Source: Azospirillum brasilense | GTDB lineage: Bacteria; Pseudomonadota; Alphaproteobacteria; Rickettsiales; UBA3002 | DNA length: 64,000 nucleotides | Assembly: GCA_003241645.1 (NCBI GenBank) | Contig: QFOX01000009.1 | Coordinates: forward strand, 2,534 to 66,533 | Reading direction: 5' to 3' | Part shown: piece by piece, positions 9,752-21,331 of the stretch | Position numbering within the stretch: the first letter of the stretch is position 1 | Layout of the letters: each line of letters opens with the position of its first letter | Made by a program: the position numbers and the translations under genes | Notes under the pieces: generated by a model | What the model saw: the letters and a program-made list of their open reading frames with translations, nothing else | Told to the model about the DNA's origin: nothing | The model's database searches: none

Positions 9752-9760
9752 ATTATACCA
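9752..9760 (-). promoter_or_regulatory. Possible extended -10 promoter element (TGgTATAAT) in the rodA-tadE spacer
   Basis: Minus-strand ...aaattttggTATAATgctacgaaagaggaaccGTG. A perfect TATAAT with an upstream TG lies ~20 nt before the GTG start. Confidence 0.4.
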
Positions 9761-9801
9761 AAATTTTAACTTTTTCCCACCTGTTTTTGCCCTTTTTTCG
9801 G

Positions 9802-10932
9802 CTAGATGCCGAATCGGCGGGGCATCACCAGTTCGCGGTTGATATACACATGCATCAATAGCCCGCACGCCATCAGCGTGGCCAGCATGAACGAGCCGCC
9901 GTAGGACAGGAACGGCAGCGGCACGCCCACCACCGGGATCATGCCCATGACCATGGCCATGTTAATGAAAATATGGACAAAAAGCATGGCGGCCACGCCC
10001 GCGGCAATGAGCCGGCCGAACTGGTGGCGGCAGCGCACCGCCAGCATCAGCGCGAACATCAGCAGCGCGCCATACAGGGTCAGCAGCACCGCCGAGCCGA
10101 GGAACCCAAGTTCCTCCGCCAGCATGGTAAAAATGAAATCCGTCTGTTTTTCCGGCAGAAAATCCAGCTGGCCCTGGCTGCCCTGCAGCAGGCCTTTGCC
10201 CGTGAGCCCGCCCGAGCCAATGGCGATCTTGGATTGAATGATGTTGTAGCCCGCACCCAGCGGGTCCGAATCGGGGTCGAGGAAGGTGCGCACCCGGCGT
10301 TTCTGGTAATCATGCAGGAAATGGTAGGCCACCGGCACCGCCGCCGCCACCCCGCCGATCGCCACCGCGAAATACTGCCAGCGAATGCCCGCCATGAAGC
10401 ACAGCGAAAACGCGATGAAGCTGACAATGGTGGCCGTGCCGAGGTTCGGCTGTTTCAGGATGAGCCCCACCGGCAACAGCGTCAGCATCAGCGGCACCAG
10501 CAGCAGGATGTAATGGCGCGTGCTGTCCATCGGTGCGCTGTGGAAGTAGCGCGCCAGTGCGAGGATGATGCCGAGCTTCATGAGCTCCGAGGGCTGGATG
10601 TTGAACGCCCCCACCCCGATCCAGCGTTGCGCGCCCATGCCGATGATGCCCATCACCTCCACGATCACCAGCATCACCACGCAGGCGGCGTAGAAGAAAT
10701 AGGCGCTGCGCATCAATAGTGGCGTGGGCGTAACGGCGATCACCAACATCATCGCCAGCCCCAGCACCATGCTCACCGATTGCTTCAGGGCGAACACGCG
10801 GAACTCACCGCCCGCGGCGGAATATTGCATGGCCAGCCCCAGCAGGCACAGCAGCATGATGACCAGCAGCATGCCGCCATGCATGGATTGTGCGCGGCCC
10901 TTCCAGCGTTTGATGTGCGTGCGGCTGATCAT
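9802..10932 (-). CDS. rodA: Rod shape-determining protein RodA (SEDS family peptidoglycan glycosyltransferase)
   Basis: Polytopic membrane protein with a FtsW/RodA-like C-terminus (...GVPLPFLSYGGSFMLATLMACGLLMHV). The start at 10932 forms an ATGA overlap with the mrdA stop. The N-terminal extension in the ORF track is not coding-like. Confidence 0.9.
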   Translation of the reverse strand: MISRTHIKRWKGRAQSMHGGMLLVIMLLCLLGLAMQYSAAGGEFRVFALKQSVSMVLGLAMMLVIAVTPTPLLMRSAYFFYAACVVMLVIVEVMGIIGMGAQRWIGVGAFNIQPSELMKLGIILALARYFHSAPMDSTRHYILLLVPLMLTLLPVGLILKQPNLGTATIVSFIAFSLCFMAGIRWQYFAVAIGGVAAAVPVAYHFLHDYQKRRVRTFLDPDSDPLGAGYNIIQSKIAIGSGGLTGKGLLQGSQGQLDFLPEKQTDFIFTMLAEELGFLGSAVLLTLYGALLMFALMLAVRCRHQFGRLIAAGVAAMLFVHIFINMAMVMGMIPVVGVPLPFLSYGGSFMLATLMACGLLMHVYINRELVMPRRFGI

Positions 10933-12755
10933 GCGTCGTCCTTCACCGGTAGCAGCGGCCGGGGCGCTGCACCCTGCAGCAATTCCTGCAATTTCTGCAT
11001 CACGTCGCGCGCCACGGGCGCAGCCGCTGAAGCACCGCCGCCGCCATGCTCGATCAGCACCGAGCAGCAATATTCGGGTTTTTCCGCCGGGGCGAAGCCA
11101 ACGAACAGGCCATGGTGGCGGAACTTCCACGGAATGCTGTTCTGGTCCTGCCCGCGCACGGTGATGCGGCGCACCTGCGCCGTGCCGGTCTTACCGCCGA
11201 AGCTCATGCCCTCGGCCTTGATGGTGCTGCCATAAGCCGTGCCACGCGGCGAGTTGGTCACCATGTTCATGCCCTCGAGCGCCACCTGCAGATGCTTCGC
11301 GTCGATGTCGATGAAGCCATCGTCGCGGCTTTCCTCATCCAGCAGCAGGCGCGGGTAGATCTTCTTGCCACCGTTCACCATGCGCGCCGTCATGATCGCC
11401 AGCTGCACCGGCGTGGTCAGCACGTCGCCCTGCCCGATGGCCGTATTGATGGTTTCGCCGGGGTTCCATGGCAGGCCGCGCGCCTGCTTTTTCCAGTCCG
11501 GCGAAGGCACAATGCCTGCGCGCTCACCGCGCAGCCCAAGGCCCGAGGGCGCACCCAGCCCGAATTCTTTGGCCATCTCGGCCACCGCGTCGATGCCCGC
11601 TTCACGGCCCACCGTGTAGAAATATGTATCGCACGACACCGCAAGCGCTTCGGCAAAATTCACCGCGCCGTGGCCTTCGGGCTTCCAGCAGTTCCAGCGG
11701 TTGCTGCCAAGGTAGAAATGGCCCGGGCAATAGACCTTGCGCTCCGGGCTGACCTTGCCGGATTTCAGCGCCGCAAGGCCGGTGACCATTTTGAACGTCG
11801 ATCCCGGCGGGTATTGCCCGGCGATGGCCTTGTTCAGCAACGGCACTTTCTCGTTCGCGTTGAGTGCATTCCAATAGCCCTGTTTGATGCCCTTGCTGAA
11901 TTCGTTGGGGTCGTACGACGGCACCGAGGCCAGCGCCAGCACCTCGCCGGTGTGCACATGCATCACCACCACCGCGCCGGACTGGTCAGCAAGCCGCTCG
12001 ACCACGTATTCCTGCAGGCGCGTATCGATGGTCAGGTTCAGGGTGGGGCCGGCCTTGGCTTCCTTCTTGGCCAGTTCGCGCACCGGCGAGCCCACCACGT
12101 TCACCTCGAGCTGGCGGGTGCCGGGAATGCCCCGCAGTTTCGCTTCGTACAGCGCCTCGATACCATTTTTGCCAATGCGCATGTCCGGCTGCTTCAACAG
12201 CGGATCGTCCTCTTTCACCTCGTTGGGCGCGACCTTACCGACATAACCGATCAGGTGGCTCGCATGGTCCGAGAACGGGTAATGCCGCCACTGCCCTTCT
12301 TCGATGAAGGCGGTCGGCAGGTTCGGCAGGTGGAATTCCACGCGTGCCATTTCCTCCCAGCTCAAATGCTCGCGCACCAGCACGGGGAATCCGCGCTTGG
12401 CGCGCTTGATATCCACGCGGCGCTCCTCCAGCTCCGCCGGGCGCAACTGCAGCAGGCTGCCGAGCTGCTCGAGCGTTTCCGCCGCAATATCCTTGCGTTC
12501 GGATTCCAGCATCAGCCGGTAATTCACGTGGTTCATGGCCATGGCCACGCCATAGCGATCGGCGATGACGCCGCGCGGCGGCACCAGCATCTGCACCTTG
12601 ATGCGGTTGCCTTCTGCCTCGGTCACGTATTCTTCGCCGCGCACGAATTGCAGGTAATAGAGCCGCGTCAGCAACGAGGTGCAGGCGAACGCCTGCAGCC
12701 CACCAAAAACAAAGGCGCGGCGCTGGATCATTCGTTGCAGGTCGATGGGACGCAT
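10929..12755 (-). CDS. mrdA: Penicillin-binding protein 2 (elongasome transpeptidase)
   Basis: PBP dimerisation plus transpeptidase domains (STFK in PPGSTFKMVTGLAAL, SCDTYFY, KTGTAQ). It lies between mreD and rodA. Confidence 0.93.
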   Translation of the reverse strand: MRPIDLQRMIQRRAFVFGGLQAFACTSLLTRLYYLQFVRGEEYVTEAEGNRIKVQMLVPPRGVIADRYGVAMAMNHVNYRLMLESERKDIAAETLEQLGSLLQLRPAELEERRVDIKRAKRGFPVLVREHLSWEEMARVEFHLPNLPTAFIEEGQWRHYPFSDHASHLIGYVGKVAPNEVKEDDPLLKQPDMRIGKNGIEALYEAKLRGIPGTRQLEVNVVGSPVRELAKKEAKAGPTLNLTIDTRLQEYVVERLADQSGAVVVMHVHTGEVLALASVPSYDPNEFSKGIKQGYWNALNANEKVPLLNKAIAGQYPPGSTFKMVTGLAALKSGKVSPERKVYCPGHFYLGSNRWNCWKPEGHGAVNFAEALAVSCDTYFYTVGREAGIDAVAEMAKEFGLGAPSGLGLRGERAGIVPSPDWKKQARGLPWNPGETINTAIGQGDVLTTPVQLAIMTARMVNGGKKIYPRLLLDEESRDDGFIDIDAKHLQVALEGMNMVTNSPRGTAYGSTIKAEGMSFGGKTGTAQVRRITVRGQDQNSIPWKFRHHGLFVGFAPAEKPEYCCSVLIEHGGGGASAAAPVARDVMQKLQELLQGAAPRPLLPVKDDA

Positions 12756-12771
12756 GGCGTCACCCTACACG

Positions 12772-13275
12772 CTAGGTTCGTGCTGGCAATAGCTTCACCA
12801 GCTCGCGTGCGCCGAAATAAAAAATCGGGAACCAGCCGATGCTCACGCCTGCACCAATGAGCACGCCGCGCAGCGGTGGCCGTTCGGGCATGATGAAGCC
12901 CACCAGCGCCCACAGCATCAGGTACAGCACCAGCAGCACCATGGCGGCCTCGGCCCAGCGTAGCGTGAACAGCTGGTGGCTGGTGCGGCGCGTCTGGTTC
13001 TGCACATACAGCGTCAGGAACAGGCTGAGCAATGCCTGCGCCCCCAGCGGTGTGCCAAAGATCAGGTCGCTGACCAGGCCCAGCACAAATGCCACCGTCA
13101 CCGGCCAGCTGGCAGGCGCCAGCGCGCCGATGGTCAGCGCCGCCAGCCACACCACATGCGGCGTGAGCGGGCCATATTGCCAGCTGATGGGCAGCGCGCA
13201 CAGCACCAGCAGCAACGCGATGAGCACGCTGGGCAGCGCAAGGATCACGCGATCATATACGGTGGGCGAAGCCAT
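12772..13275 (-). CDS. mreD: Rod shape-determining protein MreD
   Basis: Small polytopic membrane protein directly downstream of mreC and upstream of mrdA. Position and size are typical. Confidence 0.75.
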   Translation of the reverse strand: MASPTVYDRVILALPSVLIALLLVLCALPISWQYGPLTPHVVWLAALTIGALAPASWPVTVAFVLGLVSDLIFGTPLGAQALLSLFLTLYVQNQTRRTSHQLFTLRWAEAAMVLLVLYLMLWALVGFIMPERPPLRGVLIGAGVSIGWFPIFYFGARELVKLLPART

Positions 13276-14210
13276 TAGCGCACGGGAATGGTGGCCGATA
13301 GCGGCACGGGCGGTTGTTCGGCCTGCGCCGGGCTGGCAGGCTTTTGCGTGCTGATGACCACGCGCAGGTATTCCGCCTGCGCCAGCGGGCGCAACGGCTT
13401 GATGAGATAGCCCGCCGCGTCTTTTTTGAAGACCTGCCCCACCGCGATGCCGCCGGGGATGAGGTCACCCTCCTGCGTGGTGACGACCGGCTCGCCGAGG
13501 TTCAGCGCCGCGTTCTCGGTATGCATGAACGACAGGCGCAGCAATTCGTTGCCATTGCCCGTGAGAATCGCGCGCTGGCGCGTGGTGCCCATCACCACCG
13601 GCACGCGGCTTGCCGCGTCGTTCAGCAGCATCACGCGGGTGGTGTGCTCGGCCACTTCCAGCGTGCGGCCGACCAGCCCATACGCATCCGTCACCGGCTG
13701 CAGCGGCTTGATGCCTTCGGCACTGCCCGCGTTGATGGTGATGTACTGGCCGAAGCTCGCCGGGCTCTGCCCGATCACCCGGGCGGTCACGTAACTCGCA
13801 TGCTCCACCGGCTGGTATGCCATGAGTTTTCGCAGCGCCGTGTTCTCGGCCTTCATGGCCTGCGCCACGGATTGCCAGTGGCGCAATGTTTCGTTCTCGG
13901 CGCGCAGGCGGCGGTTCTCCTCCGCCGCGTCCAGCACTTCCCCGGTCGAGGCAGCGAGCTTGCGCGTCGCCGTTACGGGTTGGCTGGCCACCTGCATGGC
14001 GGGGCGCAGCATTTCCAGCATCTGCAGGCGCACCTGCACCACGGATGGATGCTGCGCGCGCGACAGCGCCAGCAAGGTGAGCCCGGTCAGGATAAGGAGG
14101 GTCACCACCGCACGCTGCGTGGCAGGGCGGGCGGTCGTTCGGCTGGTGGCGTAATGGTAGCGTTCGCGCGACATGCGACCGACGATGCGATTGCGCGCCG
14201 CGAATGTCAA
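13275..14210 (-). CDS. mreC: Rod shape-determining protein MreC
   Basis: N-terminal TM segment, a coiled-coil (ENRRLRAENETLRHW) and beta-rich domains (VVMGTTRQRAILTGNG...). Position is between mreB and mreD. An alternative start lies at 14174 (MSRERY). Confidence 0.88.
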   Translation of the reverse strand: MTFAARNRIVGRMSRERYHYATSRTTARPATQRAVVTLLILTGLTLLALSRAQHPSVVQVRLQMLEMLRPAMQVASQPVTATRKLAASTGEVLDAAEENRRLRAENETLRHWQSVAQAMKAENTALRKLMAYQPVEHASYVTARVIGQSPASFGQYITINAGSAEGIKPLQPVTDAYGLVGRTLEVAEHTTRVMLLNDAASRVPVVMGTTRQRAILTGNGNELLRLSFMHTENAALNLGEPVVTTQEGDLIPGGIAVGQVFKKDAAGYLIKPLRPLAQAEYLRVVISTQKPASPAQAEQPPVPLSATIPVR

Positions 14211-14300
14211 ATTTTACTTGGGCCGCGCCCGATATGCTGCAGCATTATTTCATGCCGCAGCGCAACATGAAGCTGTAATGTTAGCGTCAATAGAGTGCCA

Positions 14301-14403
14301 TGCGTAGCGCTTTATGGCGCGAGCCGTGAGCGTCAGCGAACGGAAAGGGTAAGGAGCGCAGCGACGAAGGGATAGCAGATCCCTTCAGCCACCGAAGGTG
14401 GCC
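14301..14403 (+). repeat. Degenerate REP-like element in the mreB-mreC spacer
   Basis: gcgtagcgc..gagccgtgagcgtcagcgaa...aggagcgcagcgacg...caccgaaggtggc resembles the 27595, 36078 and 51013 elements and the gagcgcagcgacg module at 51870. Confidence 0.5.
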
Positions 14404-14425
14404 ACTTCATGCGCAGCAAAACAGC

Positions 14426-15505
<1,080 letters not shown>

Positions 15506-15634
15506 TTAGCGGCGCACCCCCCCGTGGCAAGGGGAATGTCACGTTTATCACCGCGATTTTACGACCGCCGCGTGGCGCGCCAGCTTCACACAAACTTCAT
15601 GTGCATATATACCTACTGCCGCTATGGTTGGCCC

Positions 15635-16363
15635 ATGCGCACGGACCACCCAGCCTATCGCCTATTCACCGCCGAGGAATGCACGTTCCTCGAGCGCATG
15701 TTCGTGCAGCACCCTAGAATAGGCGAGGGTTTCGACATGTTTCTGAGCATTCCCGCCGAGCAACGCCTCAGCTTTGCCCACGAAGCACTGCAAGTCATGC
15801 CACGCAACGGCTGGGTACGGCGTTTCGTGAAGCACCCCGAAACGGTTTATGAGCATCTGAAGGACGTGGCGAGGATGGCGCAGACACTTCCCTTGCCCCC
15901 TAATCTGGGTGGATTGACGGAAGATATAGCCCGCCGCAGGTTAGTGTTCATGGCCGCGCTTCATGATGTGCCAGAAGCCATCGCCACCGATTTCACGCCC
16001 CATTGTGCCATAGCGCCGGAAGATAAGGATCGACTCGAGTTGCTGGCGGGAAAAGTGATATTTGCCTCCAACTCCCTTCGCATGTGGCGGCTGCAGGAAT
16101 ATATCGAGCAGGTCACCCCGCTATCGCACACTTTGTACGATCTGGACAAACTCTCGGCCGTGCGGCAGGCGCTTGTTTACGAAGGCCAGTATCCCGAAAA
16201 ACGCGGCAAACTTTACGATGAATTCCGCAGCTATGCCCTGCCGCGCCTGAAGACGGATGAGGGGCGCCAGCTCGCCGCAGCGATCGATGCGCAGGCCGAG
16301 GCCATTCGCGAAGAAGGGCGGCAAAAATCCCTGAAAGAGAAGTTTGGCGGCTGGGCGCGCTAG
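15635..16363 (+). CDS. HD-domain phosphohydrolase (YfbR-like 5'-nucleotidase family)
   Basis: VYEHLKDVARMAQ...MAALHDVPEAIATDFTP contains the H...HD...D metal-binding pattern. I chose the start at MRTDH, which leaves a 160-nt divergent promoter region with mreB. The ORF track start at 15494 is possible. Confidence 0.55.
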   Translation: MRTDHPAYRLFTAEECTFLERMFVQHPRIGEGFDMFLSIPAEQRLSFAHEALQVMPRNGWVRRFVKHPETVYEHLKDVARMAQTLPLPPNLGGLTEDIARRRLVFMAALHDVPEAIATDFTPHCAIAPEDKDRLELLAGKVIFASNSLRMWRLQEYIEQVTPLSHTLYDLDKLSAVRQALVYEGQYPEKRGKLYDEFRSYALPRLKTDEGRQLAAAIDAQAEAIREEGRQKSLKEKFGGWAR

Positions 16364-17934
16364 CTGGCGGCTTTCGCGGGCGCTTTCTCGGCGTCGTCCT
16401 GATCGGTGAGCAGCAGCTTGCGCTGGAAGCGCTCCAGCTTGTTCAGCGCGTTGATGTAGGCCTTGGCTGAGGCCACCAGCGTATCCACATCGGCGCCATG
16501 GCCGGTGACCAGCTTGCCGTCGCGCTCAAGGCGCACCATTACTTCCGCCTGCGCGTCGGTGCCCGCGGTGATCGCCTGCACCTGATACAGCTTCAGCTCG
16601 GCCTCGCCGGCATCCAGTACCAGCGAGCGGATGGCTTTGAACATTGCATCCACCGGGCCGTTGCCCTCTTTCTTGGTGGTGCGCAGCTGCCCGTCGATGT
16701 TCAGGCCAAGGCGTGCCATTTGCGGGCCTTCGGAGCCGCATTCGATCTGCAGGCTGGCAAAGCTGAAACGGTCTTCGGCCGATTCACCATCCACCAGCGC
16801 GAGGATATCCTCGTCGAACACTTCTTTCTTTTTGTCGGCCAGCGTTTTGAAGCGCACAAATGCATCTTCCAGCTGGTTGTCGCCCAGCGAAATGCCCATC
16901 TCGGCCAGCTTATCCTTGAACGCGGCACGGCCGGAATGCTTGCCCATCACGAGGTTGGTCTTGGTCACGCCGACCGATTCGGGGGTCATGATCTCGTAGG
17001 TGTCGCGGTTCTTCAGCATGCCGTCCTGGTGAATGCCGGATTCGTGCGCGAAGGCGTTGGCCCCCACGATCGCCTTGTTCACCTGCACGCCGTGGCCGGT
17101 CACCTGCGTGACAAGGCGCGACGCGCGCATGATGTGCTCGGTCTTGATGCCGCATTCCACGCCGTACTGGTCGCGGCGGGTCTTCAGCGCCATCACCACT
17201 TCTTCGAGCGCGGTGTTACCGGCGCGCTCACCAATGCCGTTGATGGTGCATTCGATCTGGCGGGCACCGGCTTTCACCGCCGCCAGCGAGTTCGCGGTGG
17301 CAAGACCCAGATCGTTCTGGCCGTGGAAGCTGAAGATGGCCTTGTCGGCATCCGGCACGCGGGCCATCACTTCGCGGAACATCTCGGTGATCGTCTCCGG
17401 CGTGCCATAGCCCACCGTATCCGGCAGGTTGATGGTGGTCGCGCCGGCCTTGATCGCCACTTCCACCGCGCGGCACAGGTAGGAAAGCTCGGTGCGGGTC
17501 GCGTCCATCGCGCTCCACTCCACGTCGTCGGTGAAGCGGCGGGCCAGCGTGACCGCGTCGCGGATCACGTCCAGCGCCTGTTCCTGGCTCATGCGGAACT
17601 GGTGCGTCAGGTGAATTTCCGACGTGCTCATGAAGGTGTGGATGCGCGGGCGCTTCGCGGGTTTCACCGCTTCACCGGCGCGGCGAATGTCGGCTTCTTT
17701 GGCGCGCGCGAGCGAGCAGATCACGGCATTCTTCGCCTGCTGTGCAATGGCGTGCACGGATTCAAAATCGCCGTCGGAGGCCATGGCGAAACCTGCCTCG
17801 ATCACATCGACGCCCATCCCGTCCAGCAGTTCGGCCACCAGTAGTTTTTCCTCGCGCGTCATGCTCATGCCGGGCGACTGCTCGCCATCGCGCAAGGTGG
17901 TGTCGAAAATGATGATACGGTTATCGCTTGCCAT
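16360..17934 (-). CDS. leuA: 2-isopropylmalate synthase
   Basis: IIIFDTTLRDGEQSPGMSMTREEKL...HAHNDLG-like FHGQNDLGLATANSLAAVKAGARQIECTINGIGERAGN, plus a C-terminal LeuA dimerisation domain. Confidence 0.95.
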   Translation of the reverse strand: MASDNRIIIFDTTLRDGEQSPGMSMTREEKLLVAELLDGMGVDVIEAGFAMASDGDFESVHAIAQQAKNAVICSLARAKEADIRRAGEAVKPAKRPRIHTFMSTSEIHLTHQFRMSQEQALDVIRDAVTLARRFTDDVEWSAMDATRTELSYLCRAVEVAIKAGATTINLPDTVGYGTPETITEMFREVMARVPDADKAIFSFHGQNDLGLATANSLAAVKAGARQIECTINGIGERAGNTALEEVVMALKTRRDQYGVECGIKTEHIMRASRLVTQVTGHGVQVNKAIVGANAFAHESGIHQDGMLKNRDTYEIMTPESVGVTKTNLVMGKHSGRAAFKDKLAEMGISLGDNQLEDAFVRFKTLADKKKEVFDEDILALVDGESAEDRFSFASLQIECGSEGPQMARLGLNIDGQLRTTKKEGNGPVDAMFKAIRSLVLDAGEAELKLYQVQAITAGTDAQAEVMVRLERDGKLVTGHGADVDTLVASAKAYINALNKLERFQRKLLLTDQDDAEKAPAKAAS

Positions 17935-17935
17935 A

Positions 17936-17976
17936 AAAACCTCGGGTTTGGGCGGGCTTTATAGCCCCGAACCCGC
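17936..17976 (-). terminator. Imperfect hairpin plus T-run between the ferritin-like gene and leuA (possible terminator or translational element)
   Basis: Minus-strand gcgggttcggggc-tataa-agcccgcccaaacccg-aggtttttATG. The 3' arm abuts the GAGG SD of leuA. Confidence 0.3.
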
Positions 17977-18002
17977 GCTCCGGCAAGGATTTTAGCGGGG
18001 TG

Positions 18003-18473
18003 TTATGCTTTCACCGGCGGGGCGAAGGCTTCGATGGCACCCGGCTTGCGCAGCATTTTGTCCACTTCGCCGATATGCGTTTCTTCTTCCATGATGAGCC
18101 CGCGCGCGTATTCTTCCAGCATCACGGACTTGCCTTCCACCATCTTCAGCAGTTCATGGTAGAGCAGCAAGGTCGCCTGCTCATGCGCCAGCGATTCGCG
18201 CAGGATGTCGCCGATGTCGTGGTTGTGGGTTTCCAGCAATTTACCGATGCCAAGGCTGGGGTGACCGCCCAGCTGCGTGATGTATTCGCCCGCCTGCTGC
18301 GCATGCGTCATGGATTCGGTGGCCTGCTCGCGCAGCCACGACACGATGGGAATGCGGTTATAGCCGAACACCATCAGCGCGTAGTGGTTGTAGCGCACGA
18401 TGCCGGCAAGCTCCGCTTCCATGATCTTGTTGAGCGTGTCGATGACGGGTTTGGTGTCGAAATTGTAGGCCAT
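18003..18473 (-). CDS. Bacterioferritin/ferritin-like (Dps-ferritin superfamily) protein
   Basis: VIDTLNKIMEAELAGIVRYNHYALMVFG...ESMTHAQQAGEYITQLGG...LAHEQATLLLYHELL...EEETHIGEVDKML is a four-helix-bundle di-iron pattern (E, ExxH repeated). I chose the start at MAYNFD. Confidence 0.6.
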   Translation of the reverse strand: MAYNFDTKPVIDTLNKIMEAELAGIVRYNHYALMVFGYNRIPIVSWLREQATESMTHAQQAGEYITQLGGHPSLGIGKLLETHNHDIGDILRESLAHEQATLLLYHELLKMVEGKSVMLEEYARGLIMEEETHIGEVDKMLRKPGAIEAFAPPVKA

Positions 18474-18495
18474 GGGCATCTCCTTCGTTGTCATG

Positions 18496-18548
18496 TTGAG
18501 CACAGCGAAACATCTTCTTGCGAGATCCTTCGCTACGCTCAGGATGAC
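18496..18548 (-). repeat. GTCAT-type REP module
   Basis: The reverse complement reads gtcatcctgagcgtagcgaaggatctcgcaag.... It is the same module type as 51862..51945 and 52570..52612. Confidence 0.5.
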
Positions 18549-18660
18549 AAAGATCTAGCGCAACGCACCGCGCAGCAAAAGCGCGAACGACTCGCACGAG
18601 TGTCGCAAACCACAATCGAGAAACTGTCATGCCGGTCAAACGCGCGCCGCGCGTGCTGCA

Positions 18661-18739
18661 CCGGCATCCATGCGAACTATGCCGAAGGCATACAATACCC
18701 TAGCAAAGATGGATCCCGGGACAGGCCCGGGATAACAGG
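18661..18739 (+). repeat. Composite intergenic repeat (copy 1)
   Basis: ccggcatccatgcgaactatgccgaaggcat...gatggatcccgggacaggcccgggataac aligns with the reverse complement of 52511..52577. Confidence 0.6.
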
Positions 18740-18772
18740 TGCGTAAGGCGCGAAGCGCCTAACTCCCACCCG

Positions 18773-20739
<1,967 letters not shown>

Positions 20740-20781
20740 GCCGCGCAGTATAGCGCAAAGCAGGGGCGGAAAAAAGCGGTG

Positions 20782-21330
20782 TTAGATGCCCTTTTTGCCG
20801 CGCGCGACCGAGGCCACGCCGGTGCGGCAGATTTCCACCAGCCCAAGCGGGCGCATCAGTTCGATGAAAGTGTTCACCTTGTCGGTCGTGCCGGTGATCT
20901 CGAACACGAAGCTCTCGATGGTGGTATCGACCGGGTGGGCGCGGAAGATCTCGGCGATGCGCAGCGCTTCCACGCGATGGTCGCCCGTGCCCAGCACTTT
21001 CACCAGCGCCAGCTCACGCTCCACGAAGGGGCTTTCCACGGTGAGGTCATGCACTTTGTGCACCGGCACCATGCGCTCCAGCAGCGCGATGATGTGCTTG
21101 ATCTTGCTGGCCGAACCGCGGGTGACGACGGTGATGCGCGACAGGTGCTTCTTGCCGTCCACCTCGGCCACGGTGAGCGATTCGATGTTGTAGCCGCGTG
21201 CGCTGAACAGCCCGGTCACGCGGTTGAGCACGCCGAATTCGTTATCCACCAGCACGGCGAGGATGTGGCGCTCTTCCAGCGCGACCTCGTCGGGGATGTC
21301 GTAGACGATATCGAGTGTTTCGGTGCTCAT
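20782..21330 (-). CDS. ilvH: Acetolactate synthase small (regulatory) subunit
   Basis: ILAVLVDNEFGVLNRVTGLFSARGYNIESLTVA is the ACT domain typical of IlvH/IlvN, followed by the C-terminal domain. Confidence 0.93.
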   Translation of the reverse strand: MSTETLDIVYDIPDEVALEERHILAVLVDNEFGVLNRVTGLFSARGYNIESLTVAEVDGKKHLSRITVVTRGSASKIKHIIALLERMVPVHKVHDLTVESPFVERELALVKVLGTGDHRVEALRIAEIFRAHPVDTTIESFVFEITGTTDKVNTFIELMRPLGLVEICRTGVASVARGKKGI

Positions 21331-21331
21331 G

